Positions 13,561-28,277 of a stretch of 64,000 bases of DNA are shown one piece after another. How positions within the stretch are numbered: the first letter of the stretch is position 1; every line of letters starts with the position of its first letter. This DNA is from the human T2T-CHM13v2.0 reference genome, Homo sapiens: the NCBI RefSeq assembly GCF_009914755.1, contig NC_060929.1; one strand, given 5' to 3'. The notes beneath the pieces are model-generated. The model was not told where the DNA came from and made no database searches. It saw nothing but the letters and a program-made list of their open reading frames with translations. The translations under genes were made by a program, and so were the position numbers.

Positions 13561-15406
13561 AGTAAACTCACATTAAATTTTGATAAGGAGTTAATAAAAA
13601 CACGTAAGTGCCTCCTGGTGAACATTTTCTTCAAAACATTCTCTCAAACTATGCTTCAAGAGCAAGATATCCTTTCTCACGTGCTTATTGTTATTAAGTT
13701 GTTTCTAAAAAGTTCTTTCCTCTGGGTCTGTCTCCAAATAACCGTCAGGTTAATGCCAATTGAGAGATTTGCTTCCTCACTCTAGTATCCAATTACTGTT
13801 CTGGGAGGGTTCTTAATGCTATCACAATGCCATCGGTCCCTTCCTTGTTTGTAAAACTTTCTGCATAAAAGGGAAGTGCTTTTTGGGAGTAGATAAAGCC
13901 AGCATTATAAAATTAAACTAATACTTACCAAATATGCCCATGACAGCAAAATTGATTTTTAAAATGACATAACTGTGGGTCTTGTAATTCACAAAAAGGT
14001 CAGAAAAATAGTAATAATAAAAGAAAACAAGTTTCCTATGTATGATGCATGAGTTCCAGCAAATTATTTATAGTAAAAAATTGTTGCTATATATATAATA
14101 AAGGTAAAAACTGAATGAGGAGTTGGAATACCAAAGTTTGATCCTATGAGATTTAAGTCAATGGCTCATGACTTAATGGCACTTACCATTAGTTAGCGTT
14201 CCTTAAGAAAGAAATGTATTTATTTATAGTTCATTAGTTCATGTTCTCGATTTAAAACTTCTCAGATGCAAATACAATTTATGGGAATTATGCAAATTAA
14301 ACTATTAGAATAATTACAGAAAAGCAATTATTTGATCATCTGATAAGAACGGTACTGGTTCCAAACCAGAAGAAAGGCTTGTGGAGATGTCATTTGGAAT
14401 CCTTTTTAAGGCCCCATCAATACTGCAATGATTGTTTTATTCATTTGGGGAGGTGTTTGCCTGAGGGTATAGTGGGAAGCACCCCATTCAGAACCTTCAA
14501 AACCAAGAAGGATGACTGGTCTTCCAGCTCTTAATTATAAAGGTAAGAGAGGTACGCCTAGAAAATTCTCAGCTTGAGAACTCTATTCCATATTTTACTG
14601 GAGATTATGTCTTAGAGCAAATTAAGTAAAATGGCATTCTGAATTGCAAACACACTGCATTCTGTCTACAAAGGAGCATCTGTTTTATCTTTCGATATGC
14701 ATTCAGCCTCATGAACAGAACCAAAATGAGTAACAAGAGGCAGTGACATATCTGTCAAGTCTTGATAACCTTAATAGCATCATGTGAACTGCTCAGTAAT
14801 GAAAAGAATGTGCTATGGAGGGTGACTCCCTGTAACTCAGATGCAAAAACAGATTAATAACTAAGTTAATGTACCCATTACTGAAAAAAAAGTATAGTAG
14901 GTTTGTGAATTCTATCTGATTAAAGTCCATATTTCAATCTTGCTTTTTAAATAAGAACTTATGCCTTTACTGTAAGATCTCAGAAAGTAAATATCATTAG
15001 GATTCCAGAACTTTTCTTAAAATTGACTCATAAAATACCTTTCATCATGCCTATAATCCAAGCAGAGGGTCTTAATTTAGTAATTAAAAAATAATCCTCC
15101 ATGTTTTATCATTGGACGTTATCGTTTGTGCTTCTTCGTCTCTTCTCTTTATCTAATCACATTGAATCTGCCCTCTAAATAGCTACAGAATCTAGTCCCT
15201 TCTCATTATTCTATTCCCTACTTGATAAGTGATCGTCTATGCCTGAATTAATGCAGGCCTTAAAAGTTCTTCTTGCTAATCATCCCATTTCCTTGAAACC
15301 CAAGGAAGACTGTTAAACTAAGCCGTGTTAAACACGTCACACGGCTACCAGGGTCTAATGACTTTGCATTTCTTTATTGTTTTCCTTTGGAATTTCTTTG
15401 TTGTAA

Positions 15407-15408
<2 letters not shown>

Positions 15409-15436
<28 letters not shown>
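15409..15436. repeat. (TG)14 microsatellite
   Basis: Read directly. Confidence 0.97.
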
Positions 15437-15437
<1 letters not shown>

Positions 15438-15479
15438 TTTTTACCCACACTACACAGATGTATGTTAGTTGTAATTTAA

Positions 15480-16780
15480 ATAGTAACAAAGACATATTTG
15501 GTCATAAATTCTAATAATGAAGTATACAACGTAAAAAGGAAATGCTCCTTTGTTACCAGTTTTACATCTACACCACAAAAGGTACCCACCGTAAAACAGT
15601 CTGGTATGAGTCAAACGGGATCGTCCTGCACATGTTTAGCTCCACAGGCATTTTCACTCTATGATAGATCTCAGACATCTTTCAAATGAGTACATGTGAG
15701 TTTACTTTACTCTTTTTATTTCTACCTCGTATTCTATTTTATTGGCTTACAAAAGTATATACATTTCTTCTCCCATTGACAGATTTTATGTTTTTTCAAT
15801 CTTCTTGTTACAAATAATGCTAGAACAAATATCATTGCAAATATATATTTTTGCACTAATGCCAGCATTTCTGAATGATAGATTGCTAAAAGAAAGATTG
15901 TGTTAAGTGAAAGTAAGCTGCACCAAGTGATATATGAATTTTTAATTTTGATACATACTATTAAATGGCAAACAAAAAGTTTTGAATTGTTTAGAATACA
16001 AATAATATTTGAATGTCTTCCAAAAATAAGGTGGTACCTCTTTATTATTCTAATTTATAATTCCCTTAATTTTGACTGAAGCTGAGGAACATTTCACAAT
16101 GCCTCTTCTCATTTTTCCATTTTTTCCTTATTGATACAAATGAGATGCTTAGATATTGTAGATAATTACATTTTGTTCTATGTGTCCCCACCTCCAACCC
16201 CCCGCAACAATTCTGGAAAATAAGTATGAGAGAAAAATCTTCTAATTTATTAATTATAAGTTTTGCCATGTAGCTACTAATCATTATAGTTATTTCATTA
16301 TTTCCCCATTGGTTTGAAATGTCACCTTTTTATATGCTAGGTTTCACTGAGCTACTTAATTTACAAATTTACTCTTCGAGATGAGAGATTCTGTTTAAAA
16401 AAAATTCTCATTGAAATTTTGATGAAAATTCCAATGTGTTTTCAGATCAATCTGGAAAAACTGCTGTCTTTATACCATTGATTCCAACAAAGTAAGAAAG
16501 TGTATATTTTAAAAATTATGCAGGTTTAGTTTTGCTCTTCCTTCCACAAATAACTATGCATATTTCAGGGTATGTTTCCATCACATTGTAATGGATTGTT
16601 GCTGGTACAGAGGAAAACTACCAATTTGATAGAAGTATCTGACCAACTTCATGGACTATCTTTTTAGAATCTAAGGAAATTATATTATATTTTTTGCCTT
16701 TAATCTATTCATATAGTGAATTATCCTAATGCATTTGCTAATGTTGAAGCATTCTAGGTTTATAAAACTCTTACTTGATG
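15480..16780 (-). mobile_element. Old L1ME-type fragments
   Basis: Antisense L1 motifs: ttacaaataatgctagaacaaatatc, ataagttttgccatgt, tttcagatcaatctgg, atggattgttgctggtacagagg. Confidence 0.55.
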
Positions 16781-16900
16781 TGAAGTAATTACATATGTTA
16801 AGTAGCTTGATTTAGTGATTCCACAATGTGTACATATTCCACAATGTATACATATTTTGCAACAAATACATACAATTTTTGTCAATTAAAAACCAAAATT
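16781..16900 (+). mobile_element. L1MA 3'-terminal fragment
   Basis: atatgttaagtagcttgatttag...ttccacaatgt...atacaatttttgtcaattaaaa; includes an 18-bp tandem duplication. Confidence 0.65.
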
Positions 16901-17383
16901 TAAAAATCCTATTTAATATGGTACATCTTTCTCAAAACACACTGCTAAATATATATCTACAGTTACCATAAAACATAATCTCTAAAAATATCACAAACTT
17001 AAATGCTTATAGCAGCCAAGCATTGTAGGTACTATAGTAGTGACAAGATTGGATAAACATTCCTTTCTTTCAACTAGATTATTAGAGCTTGTAATCTATT
17101 TAGAAAGATACCCAAAAACATTATATGAGTTATTAGATTGTAGTATGCTATTGACTGTCTACACTTGATGACACAAAAAGAAGAATTTAAGAATGCTTAC
17201 TGGATTACGTAATAGATGAGAAGAGACCATGAGAGTTGACTTTATTTTTCTCCTGCTGTCCTAGCTCCAATATGTAAATCATGGTTGTTTTACTGTATAC
17301 TGTCTAAGTAAGTTGACTTATGGTTAGAAACACATTTACACTCACAATTTAAAAGGCAGTGGGAATATATTTACTGTTAGGTA

Positions 17384-17386
<3 letters not shown>

Positions 17387-17422
<36 letters not shown>
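17387..17422. repeat. (GT)18 microsatellite
   Basis: Read directly. Confidence 0.97.
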
Positions 17423-17424
<2 letters not shown>

Positions 17425-18949
17425 AATTACTGACAACTGAAAACATTTCCAGAATCTTCCAAAGTATAAAAAGTAAGTTTACTTTTCTAAGTGGAGAAGT
17501 ATTAAATGTGAAGGGTTTTCTTAAGTGAGTCCATATTTTGCACTATATAATTTACTTGATGTTTCTCCAGGCAGCAAATAATGTTCACAAGGGAATACTG
17601 AACATTTTCAAACTTTAAATGCCACCTGGTGTCTTTGATGTTTTTAATTGTATTTAAGGAAAGTTCAGATCAGTAAGGAAGCATTTCATCAACATTTGTC
17701 ATAATGCTTCCTCCAAGACAGTATATGCTATTACTCAGAAATTCTCTCTATATAAGTAGTAAAAATTTAAAATATAAGCCTATATAAAGTATTTTGATTG
17801 TTTTCAGGCTTTTAACTCATCTTTCCTAGTACTTTGACATTTGAAATTCTAATTGAATTACAAAAGATTCCTTATTTAAAGTGGTTGCTGTTGTGATTGT
17901 TTTTAGTTAATACCAAAGATCACATGATGCTTAGTCACAAATTAACATCCAGCTATTCCCAAAGTTATAATCTTCATATTTTGAACACTTAAAAGTTTAT
18001 TCACAAGTATTATTCCATTTCTATATGGTAAATGTCAGATCATCTGAACACTGTTATTGTAAAGAAACTTTCCTTGAATAAGTCCTACCTTAATACTCAT
18101 GAGTGTTATCTATTATTTATAATATCTAGTTATTTGAAACCTAAGTTTGTTCAAAAATAAATATAACAATAATATACAAAAAATCAATGATTATTCTATG
18201 GCAAAATACTATAGAAGAAAGAAAAAACTGATTAACATAGCAAAATAATTTGAAAACAAGTGAATGGTTTAATGCCATTAGACCTTATGAAAAAATCCTT
18301 CTATTTCACTGATTTTAATGAATTTTTTTAATGATTTTTTTCTAATAAAGAAATTTGAAAACGTTTGCCCCAAATTATCCTGATAGTTCACTATATCAAG
18401 GTATCCCTGAGAAATTAAATGTTAACAACTCAAAATAGTGTATTCTATACTCCAGAAGGTGAATGGCATTCAAGGCTCAATAATTAAAATTGTGGCCATA
18501 AATGGAAGATTTCTTTGCTAGTATTTGTAGGTTTTCAAGCATGTTATTAGCTGAACCAGAGATAAAGTCAGGGGCAACTCCAAAAGGAGATGTACTACTG
18601 CAAAATAGGGGCTGTGTGAGACTTCCTCATGAGGTGGCAGCACACAAGAAAGGGATTTTGTAGTTCCCTATCCTTATATCTTCTATAATGAGTTGGAAAA
18701 TTAAAATAAACTGAAGCAGATAAGCTGGCATGCTTCCTTTGATCTACTACTGCAAACCTTCATATTATACATTCTGTAATCAAGTAGAACTTCACATTTG
18801 CATCCCCACTGGACTTATGAGAAGTCAGGAATGTTGCTATAACCCACACGGGAAGGTGGAGGTGTTAAGGAGGTCTACTAGCAATGGTGACAAGAACATA
18901 CCATCTCCGCTTTCTGAGGCTGTTAAGCCACTGGGAACGGGCCACCAAA

Positions 18950-19170
18950 CTGCAATGTGGCACAGGAAGAAAACTCAGAGAAACCTGGGAGTGATCCCTG
19001 ATTCTATTCCTTACTAGCTGTGTGATTTGACTTTGAACTAATTATGCAACCTCCCCAGCTCTTTTTTCCTACCCATAAGATGTGATCATAATACCTCCTT
19101 AGAGGATTGTTAGGATTAAGTAAATCAATCATTCAAAATGTCTAAACAAGTAGATAGTAGCTACACATTA
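18950..19170 (+). mobile_element. MIR SINE
   Basis: cttactagctgtgtga...ataatacctccttagaggattgttaggattaag. Confidence 0.7.
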
Positions 19171-19369
19171 TTTTGATTCATTTTTTAATTTATTTAGTCT
19201 CTAGTTAAGATTATTTTCTCAAAATTAAAATGCGGTTTATTGATTTTCTTAGAAAAATAATCAGCTAGTTATTTAACAACATATATGTACCTTGAAATAT
19301 TATGTTATACATGATAAATATATAGTTATCTGTCAAATTAAAAAAGAGAAAAAAGAAAAAAGAATCCAT

Positions 19370-19850
19370 AGTAATTGTAGAAAAACTGGAAGTCAGAAAA
19401 AAAAAAGAAAATAAGCCTAATCTACAACCTAGAAATAACCACTGTTAGTGGCTGTCATATATCCATACAGAAGAGCAATATGAGCATTTTATGACCTTAC
19501 TAAATGTGATATTTTATTTTTAAAATTTAAAACGTATCTTAGGTATATTCGACATCATAATTTTAACATCTGCAGAGTAGTTACTTCAGTTTTAGACACC
19601 ACCAATACTCTTGTACTGGATAATGTGATATTTTTCTTTGTAACATTTTTTTCAACTAATATTGATAACTCTGCAAGGTGCATTCTTAAATATTACATCT
19701 TTATGCCCTTGGCAAAATATTTTATCCAAGAATAGTTTAATCATATATATGTATACACCCATATCAAATTTACTAAAACTGCTTATAATAAGGCTGTATT
19801 TCCCATCAAACTCATGATCCTCAGATGCCTTTGGGTATTTTTCCATTCAC
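19370..19850 (-). mobile_element. Possible L1ME 3' end relic
   Basis: acaacctagaaataaccactgttag resembles an antisense L1ME3/4 3' end; very degraded. Confidence 0.4.
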
Positions 19851-20354
19851 AAAGTACAGAATTCAGTAACATCCAACATTTAAGGGGAGACATCCCTCAT
19901 CCTCATGTTAGAAGTTTTGTATTTTAGGTATGAAATGTTTAAAAACTGAGTTCAAAGTTATTGAACCTCCCAAGATAAGTTCTATGGGAGCTCTTGCATT
20001 ATGCTTTAGATCAAGAATATATTGTTGAAACTCACAGGTGATCCCAACATGATTGCATAACTTCTTTAAGTCCATAAGGCAGCAGTGTCCCTTAGAAACA
20101 GTTCTCTTAACATCTGGCAAACCTCTCCCAAACCCTGATCTTTAAGGCTTGCTACAGGACTGAATCTGAAGGACACAGCCCCAGGTGTGGTGATGGACAT
20201 TAGCACTTCTCAGGAAGAAAGCACCATTGAGCCTATGGCATGAGGATTGCTAAAGTGTTCTATCTCATAGCTGGAAACTAATCTGAACTCAGGAGAGTAT
20301 AATCATGAGATCCCATGGGGACTCAAGTTTTAAATGCATTGCCATTTTGGACTT

Positions 20355-20365
20355 TGTGTGTGTGA

Positions 20366-20406
<41 letters not shown>
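20355..20406. repeat. Interrupted (TG)n microsatellite
   Basis: Read directly. Confidence 0.95.
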
Positions 20407-20410
<4 letters not shown>

Positions 20411-21437
20411 ATTTAGTAACAAAGACTAGAATCTCCCAAGGCTGAGTTCAGTCAGTATGTGATGCTGATGAACACCTGCAAAGCCTAGACTATGAGACAG
20501 CACAATCAAGACAATAATACCAACATCATTCTCTTCACAAGATCCCTTAGCTACTTGTCCACTCTGCCCTCTAGAACATTACACAAGCTAAGTTCTATTA
20601 CAGCCTTTCAAGGTGAGTGGTAAAGGAGACAGAGAGGCCTTGGGGCATTCATTTCATCTTCAGCTAGGATGCTGGCCTGCCCTCAAACCCAGCTGGACTA
20701 AAGAAGCCTCTGGTGACTCTGACTTTGCTCTTGGAGTGCAGCTGTCACTTGTCTATCTCTTTGAGTAAAAATTTCCCTTATTTGGGGTTTTTAACTCAAA
20801 TGCAAAATTATTTTAAAACTAAAAGAGAGTGAAATGTTTCTTTGAGAAACATTCTGAAATACTCAACATTAAGAAATAGAGTAAACATAGCTTCACCCAT
20901 AATTTTTGTTGAAAAGCTAACACATAATGCAGCCATAAAAATAATACTTTATTGCATGAAATTTAGAAGGCTTTCCATGGATCTTTGAGTCATGTTTCAG
21001 ACCTATGTGAAACAAATATAAAAAGAGAAAGGGGACTGACATGGATGTCTTAAAATAAATCATATTGGGTCCTTATAAGTATTCAAATAACAAAAAGTGT
21101 ATGTGTCACGTAATGCTTCACATTAACTCTCCTGGATATTTTTGATGAACCACCACTCTTTCGTTAATGAAAAGTTGAGACAGAGTCAAAATCTTTAGTT
21201 TTTTTTTTTAGCTATACTTAAAATGGCATAATGCATTTCTATTCTGTATCTATTGGCTTTGAGATGCTGGAGCTGAAATGACCCCGTATTTTGGTTGAAC
21301 AGCTGTCCATGAAGTTGCACTCACCAAATCAAGAATGATAACCTACTAAATTCTTCTTGCAGGTACCCCTTTTCAAAGCCTATGCATTCATCATTTTCTT
21401 CAATACTACCTTATCAATCACTGTATTTTTAAAATGT

Positions 21438-22064
21438 TGGTAGAAGAGCTGAGGCAGGACTGGCTTGTCTGTCATAATGTAAAAGAGTCTTGGAACATGA
21501 TCTGGGTCCAGGGTCCAAACTCCCTCATGGCCTTTGGAACACAAGGCTCTGTGCCAAAGGGTGGAAGTCTGCCCTGACACACCACAATATAAGCCCAGGC
21601 ATAAAACCCCTTGTGGCTTGAATGGAATCCAAGGCTCAGGGCATAAAAGCCCTCGTGGCTTCTGGAATGTGCACAGACTTGTTGGTTCCTTGCTTCTTGC
21701 TCTCCCAGGCTCATAAACATGTTCTCCATTATCTTAAGCAGTAGAGCATATTACATATGCATCAAATAAAATGCTAAACCGTCACAGCTACGCTTGATGC
21801 TCTGCTACCTTTCTACCCCCACGTCCTCACGTCCTCACATCCTCGAATGTTTACCCCCACATCCACACATCCTTACCACCTGCTTCTTTGTTTGATCACC
21901 AATAAATAGTGTGGGCTTCCAGAGCTCGGGCCTTCACAGCCTCCATACTAGCATTGGCCCCCTGGACCCACTTTATGCACTCTTCACTTGTCTTGTCTCA
22001 TTCCTTTGACTCTGCCGGACTTCGTAGCCCCCACTGCCAGGTGTTGGGGCTGATCACCCCAACA
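21438..22064 (+). mobile_element. Solo ERVK LTR, LTR14 family (HERV-K14/HML-1; LTR14B/C-like)
   Basis: 627 bp with TG...CA ends; 6-bp TSD AAATGT/AAATAT; gctgaggcagg...tgtctgtcataatgtaaaagagtcttggaaca; repeated aaaacccct(c/t)gtggc motif; AATAAA at 21901. Confidence 0.8.
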
Positions 22065-23681
22065 AAATATAATTCAAAATAGAAAAATAAGTATTATTTC
22101 TCTCTCTTATTTGAGAGAGAAACCATGCCCCACTTATTGTGGCTCAAATTATGAGCAATAATAAGTAGCAAACATGGGAACAGCAAACTGGGAGTCAAAA
22201 TGACTTTAAGCAAATAATTCTCCTTATTGGGGTCCATTTATTCATCTCTAACATAAAGACTAGCTAACTTCCATAGGCCCTTGTCAGCTGTGAAAGTTCA
22301 TGGACTTCCTCCTAAACACCCAACGGTTTAAGATTTCAATAGGCAGTTGAAATTAGTCAAGTGTATGCAGTGTAACTATCTCCAAATGATGGAATTTCAG
22401 AACCTCTGGATATCACCAATACCATACTTGTTAATGGCCATGCAGTATTTTTAAAACAACCAACTAAACAAAACTAAAATACAACAAAAATAATTGTTCT
22501 TCTAATATAAGAACTATCCAGGGAAACATTTTCAAGTAATTTATCACAATCCCCACTGGATAGACTGGATAAAATAAAAGCATGGAAAGGTCAAGCGTTC
22601 TGTCATCATTCTAGGAGGATGCATAAGGCAGTGGTGGCAGGGGGCAGTGCAAAGCATGGTGAACATGAATGCTTCCTAAATTGCCTTGCTTGTCTCTATT
22701 AATAATTTTTTTTTAGAGAAAGTACTATATCTTGTAGCCCTTCACACTCTAAGATGAGGAAAATTGATTTCATGGTTCAAATACCAAGCCCACTGGCTAG
22801 GAGAGCAATGAAAAAAAGAAGTCATTCAAAAACAATAAAACAAGCCAAGTGGTTCAAAGTCCTCAGGATGTAAGTTCCATGAATTCTATGAGTGCAGAAT
22901 TTTAGCTTTAAAAATAATTGAATATGTTGGTTTTCTCTTAGTTCATTTACTAAGATAATTTTTATCACCCTGAGGATAATGTTCCCGAGTCCACTACAGA
23001 GAATGGCACTGAGGATATGGATATCCAAGGCTGAATATTCAGACTACTACTTACTGTGTGTCCTTAATTAAGTAAACTAAGTACCTCCATCTTTCTGAGA
23101 CTCAGATTTGGTTTTATGAGTTTGGTTGGTTGGTTGGCTTTTTTTCTCCTTTTTTCATTCTTTGCTTTTTTTTCCACCCACATATAAAACAGATGGCTGG
23201 AGTGGATGACCCTGAAGTCAATATAGAGTAATGCAAAGAACACAGCCTTCCTTAGGGTTCTGGTAAATGGGCCTCCATTTGATTGTTACCAGGATAAAAT
23301 GTATATTAAGTGCCTATTATTTTGTGTAATCTGTAACAGGGAATTGGTTAATAGATTTTTTGGCTGGCTTCTTTCTCATTTCTGTTGTCCTTGTTGTGTT
23401 TTCCTTTCCCTTCTCTCACTTTATAATCCCTTTTCAAGTAATGTCTAAACTACTAGCATGAATCTTTCTTATGTCTGCAATGATTATAGACCCATATGTA
23501 AAATATTTTTTCTTTGTGAAAGTAAAAATCCATTTCATTGCAGGGAGATTATTGATAAGTGAATTCCATTTCAGATTTTATGCCACTGAAAGATGTTTCC
23601 AAACATAACAGGCAATGTCAAAATTTCCCCCAAATGTTTTAAACTCAAATTGTTAACTTAATCAAATGTTTCTTGATTTTT

Positions 23682-23889
23682 TTTTCTTTTATTATTATAC
23701 TTTAAGTTTTAGGGTACATGTGCACATTGTGCAGGTTAGTTACAAATGTATACATGTTCCATGCTAGTGCACTGCACCCACTAACTCGTCATCTAGCATT
23801 AAGCATATCTCCCAATGCTATCCCTCCCCCCTCCTCCCACCCCACAACAGTCCCCAGAGTGTGATGTTCCCCTTCCTGTGTCCATGTGT
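23682..23889 (-). mobile_element. Young L1PA (L1PA2/3-like), 5'-truncated 3' end
   Basis: attatactttaagttttagggtacatgtgcacattgtgcaggttagttaca...cccactaactcgtcatctagc; ATTTTT TSD at a TT/AAAA endonuclease site. Confidence 0.95.
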
Positions 23890-24597
23890 ATTTTTAAATG
23901 GGCATGTATCATCTAGTTACAGAATGTTTTAAATAATAAACTTCCAGCACTAGTGTAACATCTGAAAAGGTCCTGAATAAGTGGCCCTGTAAAAACATTC
24001 ATTATAAACTCACTGAATAAATTATAAAACTATCTAGAAATCAAGAAAAAAATCACAAAGAGCTACGCGCATGTATGAGATTTGCCTTCTAAAAGAAGTC
24101 TGAACTTCTTTTTAAAAAATATGCTTTGTGACAAGTCTTTGTTAAAAAAAAAAGTGCTGTGGGTAGTATTCAAAGGATGAGAAAATAATTTGCCTTTAGC
24201 AAGGTGGAATTAATTACCTTTCAACAGAGAGTTGTGATTTTTCCATTATCTATTTTATATAGCAGTATTCTTTTGAGTGCTTTATTTTTGAAGTTGTTAA
24301 CTATGCTACTATGCTATTTCCCTTTTGACAGTTTAAAAGATAGTGACCTAATTATGCTTTCATTTTTCAATGTTATTGGCACAGATTCAGAGACCCACTA
24401 ACTTAAGTGCTGGGGCTTAGCTTACTACCACAGTTTTTCAATATTGCACAGATATTCCTAATGTATTTTCCAAGGATAATTTGGCAAAATTTGTTTGACA
24501 TTGAACCCGATTATCTTTTAGGTGTATTGTGTTTGTGTCTGCATTTAAATATAGGTTTTCTCTTGTTATTCTTATCTACAAGCAAAAGAAAACCAGA

Positions 24598-24730
24598 TAA
24601 GTTAAATAACCTAAAATATAAATTAAATAACCTAAATATAAGTTAAATAACCTAAAAATATAAACTATAACCTAATATGAAATATAACCTAATAACCTAA
24701 AATATAAGTTAAATAACCTAAAATATAAAA
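24598..24730. repeat. AT-rich minisatellite, unit about 21 bp (TAAGTTAAATAACCTAAAATA)
   Basis: Seven copies of the ATAACCTA core in units of variable length, followed by AT low-complexity sequence to about 24980. Confidence 0.85.
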
Positions 24731-26293
24731 TATCTTAATAAACATTTCATTATTAAAATTATTTTATATATACATATAAAATAAATGTAAAATATGTAAA
24801 GTAAATATAATATAAATTACTTTACACATTTTAAATTATAATTACTTCATGAATTTATTTTATATTTATTCTTATATGGTATATAAAAATTTTATATATT
24901 TAAGGTAAAAATGTTATATTATCTTACATAACATACTTTATGCATTATATAATTTATAATAATTTTTCTACATTTTCATAACGTTAGGAAAACCTAAATG
25001 TACCTTCATTATGTTGATGGGGAAATCATGATCTAAATTAAAATATAAAACAGGGTGAAAAAATAAAGTTGATTTGATACAATGAACTTCACTATACTAT
25101 AGACTTAGCTATATTCCAGTATAAATTATGATAAAAATAGATTAATTAAAATATCAGTACTTTCATTATTTAATATACTCATAAAAGAAATGCATTATTT
25201 ATTAGAATAGATACAAAACACATACATTTGTCTGCAAGAATTGGGCTAATCTACAAATCTAATGTTATCTTGGATGAGCAATACGAGATGAAAACATATT
25301 TCTAACTTCTGGTTCTGACTATGAGGAGTATGAGAATCAGACATGTTGCCACACCTCATGTTTCTTCTCTCTCTACTGCCTACTTTAAACAGTCAATCAA
25401 ACTGTATGAAATATATGAATCAATTGTGTTTAAGTATTGAACATCAGACAGCCCAGGGCTGTGATCTTTAGAGGAAAGAAACATGGGAAATTGAGGTTCG
25501 TAAACACCACGACTTCCTGCCTGGGATCAGTGCCTAAAGCACAGCAAAGGAAATTATACCTTCAACAGGGAGCAATACCTTGGCTAGGAAGAAAAAAGAT
25601 TAAGATTTGGAGGCTGATGAAGTAGCCGAAATTTGTAAAGCAAACTACTGGGTAGGATACTGGAGAGGAGGGAGTTGCACAGAGAAGAAACTACAGAAAT
25701 CTCCATAAGGTTTTTTCATTGAGACATGGCCAAATACTAAGCTGTGGTTGAACAGGTGAAAACTTTCTAAGGCCTTGTAGAAAACAATTTCTGGAGATGT
25801 GTGAGCTGACTGGGAATTACACAGGTCATACAGTATTTGCAGACACTGGACTTCCAACAAGACAGAAGATGAAAAACATTAAAGGAACTCCTAGACTAGA
25901 AGCAGCAAGAAAATGAGACTGATAAATGGGAAAGAAAATAGTTGGTGAAAGAAGATCAAGAGGCGATTGTTGTTATTGTTTTTTTTTTTCCAGAAATTTT
26001 GGTATTCTTAGATAAAGACTTTAAAAGAGTTTTTATACATATTTTTATGTATTCAAGGGAAAAGGATGTGTATAATAAGATAACAGATGGGAAATCTCAG
26101 CAGAGATATAGAAACTATTTTTAAAAATCAAGTAGAAATTCTAGAATTGAAAAAGAGCAGAAAAATTGGTAACTAAAAGATCTTCAATAAGCATGGCAGA
26201 AAAGAATAAAAAAGAGGAACAAAAGACACTTAGGACAAATGGAAAAGAAATAGTAATAAGGTTGGTTTAAACTTCCAAATAGATAATTAATCA

Positions 26294-26570
<277 letters not shown>

Positions 26571-27917
26571 AAAAGTAAAATGTAATGAAATAGATATTCC
26601 ATTTATCAGACAGAGATTGTCAAACTGGACAAGAAAGGAAGACTCATTTATTTGCCCTTCATAAGAGAGGCATTTTAAATATAATGATACACACAGGTAT
26701 GAAAGAATGAAAAAAATATCCTAATACTAAAAATAGGAAAACTAGAATGATTACATTAAAAACTGACAAATTAGACTTCTACATAAGGAACATCTCTAAA
26801 TATAAAGATGGACTGTCACAATGACAAAAACATCAATACATCAAAAAGTCATAGTATGAAATGTATATGCAACTAATTACAGACCTTTAAAATAAATGAA
26901 GCAAAAACTTACCTATCCAAAGGGAAAAACAGAGAAAAATCCACAATGTAAATTGGAATTTTAACAACTATCTCTCAGCAGTTGATGAATCAAGTAGACC
27001 AAAAAAAATCAAGAAGGATATTGAAGATGTGAATAAATCTACAAGCTAAGTAACTTAATGAATATTTATAGAACACTACACCCAGAAACAGCTGAATACA
27101 ATACACATGGAATATTTACTAAAATAACCTAATAAACCATGTGCAAGGATATTCAATGAGTCTTAATAATTTATGAAAACTAATGTCATTTACTGTATGT
27201 TCTATGACAACAACAGAATCACATTAGATTTTCATATCAATGACAAAAAAATACCTTGGGAAATCGCACAACATTTAGAAATTAAAATACTTTTAAAAAA
27301 TTCACGGCTTTTGTAATAAATCACAAGAGATACTAAAATATTTTGAACTCAATAATAAAACAATAATATCTCAAAATTCTTGAAGCACAGCCAAAAAACT
27401 GTTCAGAAGGAAATTTATAGCTTTATATGCCTATATTTGAAAGGAAGAAAGCCTTAACATTAATGATCTAGGATAAACCTTAACGAATTTTAAAAAGAAA
27501 TGCAAATTAAGCACAAACTGGAAAGAAGGAAATAATAAATATGAGTAAAATACAATAAAATGAAAAACAGTTAAGTAAATCAATAAGACTAATATCTGGA
27601 ATTAAAAAAAAAAGGTATATCACCACAGATCCGAAAGGAATTAAAAAAAAAAAAGGAAATATTATGAACAACTTTCCATGAACATTTTAGAAATTAGTTG
27701 AAGGGGAACAAGTTCATTCAGAGAGACAATTCACAAAACTGACAAAAAGAAGAAATAGTAAATATGAATAGGCCAATAACTATGAAATATTATTCCAAAT
27801 GAAAAATTTTACACACAAAAATCCCTCACAATTGCAGATGACTCTGCTGGTGAGTTCTATCAAATTTAAACAAGAAATGCTGTAAATTCTATATAAACAA
27901 CTTTAAAAAATGAATGA

Positions 27918-28277
<360 letters not shown>

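Noticed and set aside
13922-13975. Consensus minus-strand donor G|GTAAGTAT
   Set aside because: No convincing upstream acceptor with a pyrimidine tract.
20575-20618. Plus-strand mini-exon ending in AAG|GTGAGT
   Set aside because: Strong donor, but several competing AGs, an unrecognised peptide and no partner exons.
24598-24730. Repeat array as CRISPR-like or telomere-like
   Set aside because: No unique spacers of constant length, no cas genes, primate context, and the core is not TTAGGG.
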